A stretch of 24,779 nucleotides of DNA from an uncultured virus (IMG/VR IMGVR_UViG_3300038443_001555) (IMGVR_UViG_3300038443_001555), one strand, 5' to 3'. Shown: positions 17,045 to 24,779, counted from the stretch's first letter. Numbers and translations are program-made. The notes: a model not told the origin generated them from the sequence alone.

Positions 17045-17379
17045 CGGCGCGCCTCCCTCGGCGCCGTGCGCAGGATTTCGTACAGGTTGGCGCCCCAGGT
17101 GCGCTCCTGCCCGACTTCGCAGGCGGTCCAGTAGGCGTAAGCGAACGTGGCCAGCCGGTCGACGCGGCGCAGCAGTTCCTGCTTCACTTCCGGCAGCGGC
17201 TTGGCCGGCCAGTAGGCCGCGGTGTCGAGGCCGGCCTTGCGCGCATGCTCACGCAGCGACTCGACCATCTGCTCAAGGCTTTCGATGTGGTCGGCCGCGG
17301 CGAGACGCACCTCGCGCATCTCGTCGAAGGTAAAGCCATGGCCGTTGCGCAGCTTGCCTAGGATTTCGTGGCAGGTCAT
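17041..17379 (-). CDS. hypothetical protein (112 aa)
   Basis: ATGA overlaps on both sides; AGGAGG SD. Confidence 0.75.
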   Translation of the reverse strand: MTCHEILGKLRNGHGFTFDEMREVRLAAADHIESLEQMVESLREHARKAGLDTAAYWPAKPLPEVKQELLRRVDRLATFAYAYWTACEVGQERTWGANLYEILRTAPREARR

Positions 17380-18227
17380 CGCGCCTCCTGCACCAGCGCG
17401 TCGATCAGCACGCCCAGCTCGCGTGTCATCAGGGCGACGTCGCTGTCAAAGCGGTCAGCCTCGACCACGCCCTCGCGCTCCTTCAGGATGTCCAGCGGCT
17501 TGATGCGACGCAGCTGCATGTTCTCGGTCATGACGAACGACACGCGGCTGTCGTAGGTCATGGCGACCTGCGCCACGGCGGCACCGGCGGTCAAGTGGTT
17601 CAATACGTCCAGGCCCTGCGCCGACGCGCGCTCGAACTTCACGACCTTGCCCTTCTCGCCCGGGTACTGCAGCACCACGGCGTCGTCGATCGTGAAGTCG
17701 GCCGGCTCGTCTTCCAGCCAGCTGGTCACCACCTTGGCGCGCGGCCAGGTCACGTCCTGGAACTGGAGGGAGTCGCCGAAGGTTTTGATGAGTACGCGCA
17801 GGATGTCGTCGGCCGCGCTGGGCGAGGCCGTGTCGACCACGATGCGGTGCTGGTCCTGGTCGATCCAGACCAGCGTCGAACGGTGTGAGGTCAGCGCGCG
17901 CGGCAGCAGCTCATCGAATGCGCGCTCCTTGAGCTCTTTGAGCGCCTTTCGGCCGGGCGGGAAGCCTTGCTGCTCTTCCAGTTCCGCCGCGCGCGCCTCG
18001 ACTACCTGGCGCACAGCCGAGCTCGGGATAACCTTCTTCTCGGTCATGAACTTCAGCAGGATGTGCTTGCCCTGCTTGTAGGCCAGCTCGCCGTCGCGCA
18101 CTGGCACGAAGCCGGACGAGACCAGGTCGAGGCGACCGATGGGAACAAAACGAGCAGCCTGCAGCTGCTCGAGATCGAAGTGGGCTTTCGGCGAGATGCC
18201 GTAGATGGTTGCGTTCTTGGGCCACAT
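17376..18227 (-). CDS. rdgC: recombination-associated protein RdgC
   Basis: MWPKNATIY, SSGFVP, EKKVIPSSAV, ELLPRA, VVDTAS, SFVMTENMQLRRIK, FDSDVALMTREL. Confidence 0.93.
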   Translation of the reverse strand: MWPKNATIYGISPKAHFDLEQLQAARFVPIGRLDLVSSGFVPVRDGELAYKQGKHILLKFMTEKKVIPSSAVRQVVEARAAELEEQQGFPPGRKALKELKERAFDELLPRALTSHRSTLVWIDQDQHRIVVDTASPSAADDILRVLIKTFGDSLQFQDVTWPRAKVVTSWLEDEPADFTIDDAVVLQYPGEKGKVVKFERASAQGLDVLNHLTAGAAVAQVAMTYDSRVSFVMTENMQLRRIKPLDILKEREGVVEADRFDSDVALMTRELGVLIDALVQEAR

Positions 18228-18259
18228 GGGATTTTTCTTTCTGGTGGGAAGGGATACTT

Positions 18260-18288
18260 AGGGTAAGCAAACTTCTGAGTTGTGTCAA
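18260..18288 (-). promoter_or_regulatory. sigma70-type promoter for the rdgC-MTase-helicase-primase operon
   Basis: TTGACA (18288-18283), 17 bp spacer, TACCCT (18265-18260), in an AT-rich divergent intergenic region. Confidence 0.7.
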
Positions 18289-18380
18289 AACAATTTTCTC
18301 TGGTCAATACCTCCTCGGCAAGTTTCTGTGGTTTGATTTCCTTCTGTCAAGTTGCGGCTTTACTTCAGGCAAGAAGCGTG

Positions 18381-18400
18381 CCAGAATTCTTGCATTCTGG
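18381..18400. promoter_or_regulatory. inverted repeat upstream of the plus-strand cassette
   Basis: CCAGAAT-N6-ATTCTGG, about 10 nt before the AGGAG SD of the 18421 gene. Confidence 0.5.
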
Positions 18401-18420
18401 AATCTCACTAGGAGCCTCTC

Positions 18421-18891
18421 ATGTCCGCACTGACCGACGCATACGAAAACAAGCAGATCGACTTCCTGTTCCGCGGCCAGGCGCTTGGCCTGGCTAACTC
18501 TACCGCTGCCGCCGGCAGCGGCCCGGCTACGTGGTATGTCGGCCTGATCACCGCAGCAGGCAGTGATTCCGCTGTCGGCACCGAAGTGTCCGGTGGCAGC
18601 TACGCGCGCGTGGCGGTCACGTCGTCGCTCGCGAATTGGGCAGGCACCCAGGGTGCAGGTACCACGACCGCATCGACTGGCTCGAGCGGTACCACCTCGA
18701 ACAACAACACGATCACCTTCCCGGCGCCGACCGCGAACTGGGGCACGGTGGTCGAGTTCGCTCTTTTCGACTCGTTGACCGGCGGAACCGAAGCGATCCG
18801 CGCCTCGCTCTCCACCTCGAAAACGATCAACTCCGGTGATCCGGCACCGTCGTTCGCCGCTGGCGCGCTGACCTTCCAGATCGACAACTAA
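18421..18891 (+). CDS. phage virion fibre subunit-like protein (156 aa)
   Basis: Recognisable phage family pattern: YENK..DFLFRG, YVGL, TEVSGGSYARVAV, ITFPAPTANWGTV, DSLTGG, KTINSGD..SFAAGAL; AGGAG SD. Confidence 0.75.
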   Translation: MSALTDAYENKQIDFLFRGQALGLANSTAAAGSGPATWYVGLITAAGSDSAVGTEVSGGSYARVAVTSSLANWAGTQGAGTTTASTGSSGTTSNNNTITFPAPTANWGTVVEFALFDSLTGGTEAIRASLSTSKTINSGDPAPSFAAGALTFQIDN

Positions 18892-18900
18892 GGCTGGACC

Positions 18901-20142
18901 ATGCCGTACCCCGCCGATGTCTATAGCTGTGCGAGTGGCCAGTCGATAGCTGGCGGGCGATTTCTACTGCCCGCCTGGGTACCGGCTGCCGGCACCTTCG
19001 CCAACATCAGCAAAAACACGCTCAACAGCGTGCGGCCGGCAGGCTGGGGCACCGGCACAGAGATCACCGGACCGTTTGCAAACTGGTCGGGCGGCGCGCG
19101 CGCCGATGACTTCTCAAAGCTGGGCGCGTACCTGGTGCACGGCAGTGGCGACTTGCTGCGCAATGAAACTCTGTGGGGCGGCGTCGGGGCGTTCGACCTA
19201 GACACCTTGATGTGGCAGATGCTGAACGTGCCGCCTGCGCCGCTGCTCGAAGAGGCAAACGCCATAGGCAATCGCTTCGGAGAGGCGAATGCCTATTACG
19301 ATCTCAACGGCGAAAGCACGCAGTCCGGCCTCGTCGGCTGGCCGTACGTGCCGCACAATTACACCGGGTTGGTCTACCAGCGCGCGAAGTTCGGCGGCGG
19401 CACCAAGGGCTCGCTGCTGCGCAACTGGGTCGGCGGTACGTGGTGCAACAAGGTCGTCCACAGATTCGACCTGTCGCCCTCGAACATGCCGACGCGCGTC
19501 ATCGACAATACCAGCAGCTCGGGGAGTACCTATCCGATGGCGGCCGTCGACGAGGCGCGCGGGGGCTACTGGCTGTTGAGCGCGAACGGCGCGGGGGCCC
19601 TCGTGTTCGTCAAATTCTCGGACTGGTCGCGCACCGAATACCCGGTCACGTACAACGAGTACGGCGACAACGTCATGGTCTACATCCCGGCCCCATGGGA
19701 TTGCCTGGTCGGCTTGGGGCGTGGTGGTGGCGGCGGCCTGCAGTTCGTCATGTACGTCTGCCCGATCGTCAACAACGTGCCGACCGCCTGGACGCAGATC
19801 ACGCCGGCCGGCACGCCGCCCGTCTATTCCGACGCGAACCCGGGCGCGATCAAGTGCGGCGGACAGTGGTTCAAATCGCTGCAGAAGATCGTCTCCTACG
19901 TCGGCGCCGGCTCGACCGGCGTGCACAAGCTGACGCCCCCGGCGCCGGGCGCGCTGACGACCGGCCAGTGGGTATGGGATGTCGAGACGTTGACCGGCGT
20001 TGCCGGCGCGACTCCATCGAAAAATCCTCAGTATCAAAACGGGTCGTGGGGGCGCTTTATTGAGTTCCCGTCGGCTCGCTGCGCGATCTGGTGCGACGGT
20101 ATTGACCAACCCGTACAGGCTTGGCGCCTCCAAGGAATGTAA
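18901..20142 (+). CDS. Trp/Gly-rich probable beta-propeller protein (413 aa), candidate fibre tip or receptor-binding domain
   Basis: Recurrent blade-like ends (FDLDTLMW, FDLSP, FSDWS, TAWTQIT, QWVW). Fold is inferred. Confidence 0.55.
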   Translation: MPYPADVYSCASGQSIAGGRFLLPAWVPAAGTFANISKNTLNSVRPAGWGTGTEITGPFANWSGGARADDFSKLGAYLVHGSGDLLRNETLWGGVGAFDLDTLMWQMLNVPPAPLLEEANAIGNRFGEANAYYDLNGESTQSGLVGWPYVPHNYTGLVYQRAKFGGGTKGSLLRNWVGGTWCNKVVHRFDLSPSNMPTRVIDNTSSSGSTYPMAAVDEARGGYWLLSANGAGALVFVKFSDWSRTEYPVTYNEYGDNVMVYIPAPWDCLVGLGRGGGGGLQFVMYVCPIVNNVPTAWTQITPAGTPPVYSDANPGAIKCGGQWFKSLQKIVSYVGAGSTGVHKLTPPAPGALTTGQWVWDVETLTGVAGATPSKNPQYQNGSWGRFIEFPSARCAIWCDGIDQPVQAWRLQGM

Positions 20143-20144
20143 AG

Positions 20145-21173
20145 ATGACGACAGTCACACTCGACTCAGTATCAAGCGGCTATCAGAACTACGGCGGAAC
20201 GCTGTCGATCTCGCATACCGTTTCAGGCACGCAGCGTGTCCTTGTGGCTACTTGCGGCATCGGCGGCACGCCAAACAACAAGGTGTCGGGTGTCACGTAC
20301 GGCGGCATAGCGATGTCGCTGGTCCGATCCGAGGCGGGAAACGGCCCATCCGCCGTGACCTATATTTACGAACTGGTCAACCCGCCAGTCGGCACTGCAA
20401 ACGTCGTATGGACGTTCACGAGTTCCGACGTGACGGCGCAGGGTTTCAACGCTTCGTTCAACGGCGTTGACCAAACTACGCCCGTCAGCGCGAGCGCTGG
20501 CCATAACAACTCATTCGCATCCAGCCCGCTTGGCGACTCGCTGACGCTGCCGACGGGCGGCATGGTCATGGATGTGGTGGCAGCGGGCGTCCCTTCGTCC
20601 GACGGACCGTTGACTCCTGGGGCCAATCAGACGCAGATCGGCACACCGAATACGCAAGGTCTGATCATCACGGCCGCATCATACTCTTCGACATCGGGCG
20701 CAATGTCGTGGACTTGGACAGGTGGCGCGCAGCGGGCGGGCTCGCATTCGATGCTTGCGCTGAACCCGGCTAGTGGCTCGACCGCTGCCGCTCTGGCCGG
20801 CAACGCCACGGCGCAGGCCACCGCGACTGGAACGCTGGCCGGCACCGCGGCCGGCGCCGCGCTGGCCGGCAGCGCCACAGCACAGGCCACCAGCACTGGC
20901 GCGCTGGCAAACACCGCATCGTTCGTCTGCGACGTGATGATCAACAACACGAACACCGTGTACAAGAATCAGGCGGTGGTCTGGACGTGGGAGCAGGGTG
21001 GTAGGGTCGGATCGCCGCCGACAAGTGTCGTGCGCGGTACCGGCACGATCAACGCAAGTGGCGTGCTCACCTTGACCGGCTTGCCGGCCGGTCCGGGCCT
21101 GGGGTGGGTTGCGGTACAGCACACGAACGCCGCCGATGACGACGTGTTCTACCAAGCTGGCACGGCGGCTTGA
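20145..21173 (+). CDS. Ser/Thr/Gly-rich virion fibre-like protein with two Ala/Thr repeats (342 aa)
   Basis: ATG 20145 with AAGGA SD; beta-sandwich-like N-domain, two AALAGxATAQATxTGxLA repeats, small C-domain. Confidence 0.65.
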   Translation: MTTVTLDSVSSGYQNYGGTLSISHTVSGTQRVLVATCGIGGTPNNKVSGVTYGGIAMSLVRSEAGNGPSAVTYIYELVNPPVGTANVVWTFTSSDVTAQGFNASFNGVDQTTPVSASAGHNNSFASSPLGDSLTLPTGGMVMDVVAAGVPSSDGPLTPGANQTQIGTPNTQGLIITAASYSSTSGAMSWTWTGGAQRAGSHSMLALNPASGSTAAALAGNATAQATATGTLAGTAAGAALAGSATAQATSTGALANTASFVCDVMINNTNTVYKNQAVVWTWEQGGRVGSPPTSVVRGTGTINASGVLTLTGLPAGPGLGWVAVQHTNAADDDVFYQAGTAA

Positions 21174-21175
21174 CC

Positions 21176-21880
21176 ATGCGGCGCAACCTTAACCAGTCTG
21201 CTGCTGGGCGCCGCATCCTCGGTACGCCGCAGGTCGGCGTGCTGGCATCGGCGATCCCGTCAACCGGTGACCAGGGCGCATCCCTGCTGTACAACAAGAT
21301 CCAGGCGGGCGACCCGGCGGGCTGCCTGTACCGCATCTGGATCACGTCACAGCCGGCGTCCGGCACACTCGTGGTTGACGAGACCGGCGCGTTCACGTTC
21401 AGCGGCGCGGCCGACGGCACATGGACTGCCGGCGAGCGGATCGACAAATACGATCCGGCAGTCGGCCTGTTCAGCACGGATACCGGCACGGCGCAATTCA
21501 ACGTCAACGTCGCAGGCGCGGCACTGGCTGGTGCCGCTGCGGCCGTCGCGACAGCCAGTGCCGCACTTGCGGGAAGCGCTGCAGCACTGAGCGGCTCAGG
21601 TGCAGCGGTGGCCAGCGCCACTGGCGCGCTGACCACCGCGATCCGCCTGTCCGGCACCGCCACTGCCACAGCTGCGGCGGCAGCCACGCTCAAAGTCAAC
21701 GGTGCGGCGCTTGGCGGATTGGCGTCAGCCCAGGCAACGGCCAGCGGCACGCTAAACGCGGGCCCTATCGTTCCAGTCACCTTCCCGGCCGCGTCCGTGC
21801 CGGCCGCACACCGCGTCGTCTTCGCCGGCGGCACGAAAGTCGTGACCTTCGACGGCGGCACAAAAACTGTGAGATTCTAA
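21176..21880 (+). CDS. virion fibre-like protein with Ig-like N-domain and four Ala/Thr repeats (234 aa)
   Basis: ITSQPASGTLVVDETGAFTF Ig/cadherin-like signature; four repeats; C-terminal VVFAGGTK-VVTFDGGTK-TVRF. Confidence 0.65.
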   Translation: MRRNLNQSAAGRRILGTPQVGVLASAIPSTGDQGASLLYNKIQAGDPAGCLYRIWITSQPASGTLVVDETGAFTFSGAADGTWTAGERIDKYDPAVGLFSTDTGTAQFNVNVAGAALAGAAAAVATASAALAGSAAALSGSGAAVASATGALTTAIRLSGTATATAAAAATLKVNGAALGGLASAQATASGTLNAGPIVPVTFPAASVPAAHRVVFAGGTKVVTFDGGTKTVRF

Positions 21881-21881
21881 A

Positions 21882-22211
21882 ATGGCAAACGCAACCGCAC
21901 CCTACCAGGTCAATGGCAAGTGGACCATTGACGTCGACCCGGACGACATCAACTTCATCGTCTGGGACGTGACGAAGGACTTTTCCGACCGGGCTACGCA
22001 GGCGGCAGCGAGTAATCCAGTCAGCATGGTCCCAGGCGGGAACATCATTGTCCTGCAGGGACCGACAGTCCAGGGCACGGTAGTGATCGCGCTGGTGAAG
22101 ATGGACGTGTCCGATCCGCTGAAGACCGACCATCACGGCACCGTGCGAGTCAACTGCGCCAACGGCGAGCAGTTCGACCGCACGATCTACTTCAACCTGG
22201 AGGATCACTGA
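21882..22211 (+). CDS. putative fibre adaptor protein (109 aa)
   Basis: IDVDPDDINFIVWD...VRVNCANGEQFDRTIYF resembles the phage DPxDxxxYxxDW...DRT family that I recall next to such fibre genes. Confidence 0.6.
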   Translation: MANATAPYQVNGKWTIDVDPDDINFIVWDVTKDFSDRATQAAASNPVSMVPGGNIIVLQGPTVQGTVVIALVKMDVSDPLKTDHHGTVRVNCANGEQFDRTIYFNLEDH

Positions 22212-22363
22212 TGAGCGAAGTCAAGTTCGACGCCACGGCCTTGCTGGCCGCCCAGCGCCGCGCCGCAGAAGACGCCGCCAAGCAGGCGGCAGCGGCGGCC
22301 CAGCAGCCGGCCGCGCCGGCTGCGCCAGTGAAGCCGCCGGTCTACATCAAGGTCAGGCCGTAA
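22211..22363 (+). CDS. 50-aa Ala/Pro-rich peptide, not in the ORF track
   Basis: TGATG overlap and GGAGG SD; MSEVKFDATALLAAQRRAAEDAAKQAAAAAQQPAAPAAPVKPPVYIKVRP. Confidence 0.7.
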   Translation: MSEVKFDATALLAAQRRAAEDAAKQAAAAAQQPAAPAAPVKPPVYIKVRP

Positions 22364-23144
22364 TCCCTGTGATGTCCTCGAGCGTGCGCTTGACGCCGTT
22401 CTTGGGCATCATCATGACCTGACCGGTCGACTTCTCCAGGCCGACGTAATTGCGGTAGACGTTCGGGTCGTTGACCAGCTCCGGATGGTCGCGCACCAGC
22501 TCGGCGGCGCGCCGCAGATCCTCGTCCTTGGCATAGATGCAGAACACGCAGGAAAAGCGCCGCATACCCATGCGGTAGACGATGTGAGGCTGCTGGCCGG
22601 CATGGGCGATCATGGCGTACACGTACTTCTCGCTCCAGCTGTGCACCGGCAGCCACTCATACCATTCGCGGCCGGCCTTGCTGTTGGTCGCGTCGAATTT
22701 GAAGGGCACCATTTTCTTGCGCTTCGTGCTCTCCTCAGCGCGCAGGCCCTGGCAGTTCACCACCAGATGCCAGGCCGGATGGCCGGCCGCCTTGCGGGCG
22801 TAGGTCAGGTGCCGGATCACCTTCGTGATCGGGCCGCGCTTCAGGTCGGAAGTGCACTGGCGCTGCTCAGGCGACGGAAACATGCCGCGCTCCTCGACCA
22901 TCTGCAGCAAGTCGCGCCGCGCACGGCAGACATGCAGCGGCTCGCCGCTCGTCGTCGCCTGGATGTGCTCGAGCGCGCCGGCCCACTCCACGCGGCCAAG
23001 GTCGGCATGCACGATCACCAGCTGCTCGCGCGGCACCATGCTCCGCAGCAGCAGGTACATCGCCTGACTGTCCTTACCGCCGGAGTGGTTGACGACGAAC
23101 AGCGCGCCGCGCCGGATCAGGGTCGGGATCTCGGCCGGGATCAC
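22353..23144 (-). CDS. PAPS-reductase/DndC-like PP-loop protein (263 aa)
   Basis: GTG start at 23144 (GTGA overlap); NHSGGKDS, QCTSDLKRGPI, GLRAEES..R, LPVHSWS, YRMGMRRFSCVFC. Confidence 0.9.
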   Translation of the reverse strand: MIPAEIPTLIRRGALFVVNHSGGKDSQAMYLLLRSMVPREQLVIVHADLGRVEWAGALEHIQATTSGEPLHVCRARRDLLQMVEERGMFPSPEQRQCTSDLKRGPITKVIRHLTYARKAAGHPAWHLVVNCQGLRAEESTKRKKMVPFKFDATNSKAGREWYEWLPVHSWSEKYVYAMIAHAGQQPHIVYRMGMRRFSCVFCIYAKDEDLRRAAELVRDHPELVNDPNVYRNYVGLEKSTGQVMMMPKNGVKRTLEDITGITA

Positions 23145-23347
23145 GGCTCGATCCCCAGCTTGCCGCGCACAGCGTGCGCGACTGCGATCTTGACCGTGCT
23201 GGGCATGACGTGCTGCAGCCGCAGGCCCGGCGCCTTCACGCGGCAGGCGGCCAGATGGTCCTGCGCTGGCGCCAGCAGCACCTTCTCCAAGGCCTCGCCC
23301 CAGCTCTCGGCTTCCACTTCGTGGACCATGGTGACGACGATTTTCAT
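23141..23347 (-). CDS. hypothetical protein (68 aa)
   Basis: GAGGAG SD; 4-nt overlaps with both neighbours. Confidence 0.75.
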   Translation of the reverse strand: MKIVVTMVHEVEAESWGEALEKVLLAPAQDHLAACRVKAPGLRLQHVMPSTVKIAVAHAVRGKLGIEP

Positions 23348-24021
23348 TTTCTCTCCTCGACAATCTTGATAACGGTTTTCCGGCGCGCGCCGTGCGCTTC
23401 GAACGCGACAATAGCATGCCGGTTTGCCTTCTGGCAAAGCTGGCAGGTCGCACAGGTGACGTATTCCTTGAACTGGGCCGGGCACAGCGTGACCTTGTGA
23501 CCGGCCGGCGTCGCGCCAGCATCCCAACCAGGCGGCACCACCACCACGAGCGGCAGGCCAAGCGGTGCGAGGCGGTCGGCGTCGGCGAGCGAATCGGCCG
23601 ACAAGTTGATCGTAAAGCCTGCCTTGTTGGCGGCGCGCAGCAGCTTGAGGTTCTCCTTCGTCGGCGGATAGTGGGTGTAGGTAAAGGCGCGGCGACCGCG
23701 GTTCGCCTTCACCAGATCGCGCAGTGCCGCGGCGTCGATCGCATCGTGCTGGCCCGGCAGGTCGCCGGCCTGGTTGTGGCGCCACAGCTGGCCCTTGGGC
23801 AGCCGCCGGATCTCGTCGAGGAAGGATTCCCACGGCACGCCGCGCTCGCCGCGCGTCACGCGATCCCAATGGATCGCGAGTGGGAAGTTTTCGGCATAGC
23901 AGCCGTTCTCCTTAAAAGAACAGGTCGACGGACACGTCGACCTGCTGGAAGTTGAGACTGGGATGGGGCCGGTCTTGGCGTTGCTCGAGGCCCGGGTAAG
24001 GTGGACTGGTGGCTGGGTCAC
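23344..24021 (-). CDS. Gp88-like / radical-SAM-like Cys-rich phage protein (225 aa)
   Basis: NAKTG, TCPSTCSFKENGCYA, RHNQAGD, FTYTH, NLSAD, CPAQ...CATCQLC, FEAHG. Confidence 0.75.
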   Translation of the reverse strand: MTQPPVHLTRASSNAKTGPIPVSTSSRSTCPSTCSFKENGCYAENFPLAIHWDRVTRGERGVPWESFLDEIRRLPKGQLWRHNQAGDLPGQHDAIDAAALRDLVKANRGRRAFTYTHYPPTKENLKLLRAANKAGFTINLSADSLADADRLAPLGLPLVVVVPPGWDAGATPAGHKVTLCPAQFKEYVTCATCQLCQKANRHAIVAFEAHGARRKTVIKIVEERK

Positions 24022-24257
24022 GATGCCCCTTTCTTAGCAAGTTGTTTGACCTGCGCTGGCAAGATCCACGGGTCCTGTCCGATCGGGCGATAGTCAGGTG
24101 TCAGGAAACCCATGCTGATGAGCTTGCCGAGGATGCCGTAGGCTGTGCGTTGATGCACCTCCATCATGTCCTCAAGCTGCATGCCGTCCTGGTACTCCCG
24201 GCGCAGCTGCTCAAGTTCCGCCTGCAACCACACCTGGCCGCCGCGCTCGGCGCTCAT
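24018..24257 (-). CDS. hypothetical protein (79 aa), possibly HTH-like
   Basis: W...ELEQL...Y..G...EDM...HQRT...I..KL pattern; coupled overlaps on both sides. Confidence 0.7.
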   Translation of the reverse strand: MSAERGGQVWLQAELEQLRREYQDGMQLEDMMEVHQRTAYGILGKLISMGFLTPDYRPIGQDPWILPAQVKQLAKKGAS

Positions 24258-24451
24258 ATGCTCCCCTGCCAGGTGATGGTGACTTCGCGCACGTCACCGA
24301 TGAACAGCGGCCCGGTGCTGAGGCTGCGCGCATCGGTCATGGCCAGCTGCAGCGCACCGCCGGCGCTGTAAGAAAAGACGTCGCTGTCGTAGCGGCCATC
24401 GGTGAACACGATGACGACGCGCCAGCGTGATGCTTCGGTTGGGTCAGGCAT
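24254..24451 (-). CDS. hypothetical protein (65 aa)
   Basis: ATG 24451 with AAGGAG SD; stop overlaps the next ATG. Confidence 0.7.
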   Translation of the reverse strand: MPDPTEASRWRVVIVFTDGRYDSDVFSYSAGGALQLAMTDARSLSTGPLFIGDVREVTITWQGSI

Positions 24452-24452
24452 T

Positions 24453-24698
24453 TCAGGTCTCCTTCGGCAGCCGGGCTGCCAGCATTTCATCAGCGATCTG
24501 GTACGACGTGACCGCCAGTTCCTTCGAGGTGTAGCTGTCGGGCCCGGCGCACAGGCCGGCCAGCGCGCAGCCGGCGAATTCGTCGCGCAGGTCGTGCGGG
24601 TGCAGCGGCGTGCGCATGATGACCAGGGCCTGAGCGCGCGTCAGGCCGTAGTGCTCCATGACATGCTCGAGCACCTGGTGAACGGTGGGTTTGCTCAT
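24453..24698 (-). CDS. conserved small phage protein (LRDxFAxxA...AYxxADxMLxAR type)
   Basis: LRDEFAGCALAG...SYQIADEMLAAR; start 24698 with GGAG SD. Confidence 0.8.
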   Translation of the reverse strand: MSKPTVHQVLEHVMEHYGLTRAQALVIMRTPLHPHDLRDEFAGCALAGLCAGPDSYTSKELAVTSYQIADEMLAARLPKET

Positions 24699-24779
24699 AT
24701 CCCACTCCGCGCGACGCCATACCGGGTAGCGCCGCACTTACAGGCGTAGGCGCCTCGCCGGGAAAATTTGACCATGCCC
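24695..24779 (-). CDS. 3' end of a small ORF entering from outside the window
   Basis: ...GMVKFSRRGAYACKCGATRYGVARSGI*, whose stop overlaps ATG 24698 (ATGA). Confidence 0.55.
   Translation of the reverse strand, partial: GMVKFSRRGAYACKCGATRYGVARSGI

Noticed and set aside
18290..18350. Additional promoters at TTGACA 18350-18345 and TTGACC 18307-18302
   Set aside because: No acceptable -10 at 17 bp (AGAAAC and CACAAC); kept only as part of the repeated-box finding.
18228..22363. Invertible fibre segment or diversity-generating retroelement
   Set aside because: No flanking inverted repeats, invertase, reverse transcriptase or TR/VR pair were seen.
23145..23869. N-terminal extensions of the 402-aa and 242-aa track ORFs as further dual coding
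   Set aside because: The extensions are Arg/Ala-rich off-frame reads with no motif or SD, and internal starts with 4-nt overlaps explain the real genes, unlike the MTase case.
24760..24771. GGAAAATTTGA resembling the promoter box
   Set aside because: Weak match, opposite orientation, and inside a probable coding frame.
1..24779. CRISPR array, tRNA/rRNA genes, IS elements, integrase
   Set aside because: None recognised. Intergenic space is minimal and the only repeats found lie within coding sequence or promoters.

Overview
High-GC tailed-phage or prophage DNA, probably from a beta- or gammaproteobacterial host (inferred from RdgC, TraR and GC content). Most of the window is a tightly coupled minus-strand replication and nucleotide-metabolism region. 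It encodes an ATP-dependent DNA ligase (runs off the left end), a full-length family A DNA polymerase with a fused 5'-3' exonuclease, a TraR/DksA zinc finger, a dNMP kinase, a MazG-like pyrophosphatase, an ExoX-like exonuclease, a probable SSB, an AEP primase-helicase, a SNF2 helicase, a free-standing HNH endonuclease, a dCMP-deaminase-like protein, a C5 cytosine methyltransferase, RdgC, a PAPS-reductase-family protein and a Gp88/radical-SAM-like protein. A 3.9-kb plus-strand cassette of probable virion fibre genes (18421-22363) interrupts this region. The main observations are: (1) an H-type mRNA pseudoknot with T-even gene 32 operator geometry between a strong sigma70 promoter and the putative SSB gene; (2) a C5 methyltransferase split over two fully overlapping reading frames, with permuted motifs and four TRD-like repeats, coupled to a deaminase; (3) a shared AGAAGTTTGC box in two promoters; (4) a modular fibre cassette with repeats shared between proteins; (5) recoded helicase Walker A codons next to the HNH gene. 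All assignments come from motif recognition by eye; no searches were run.
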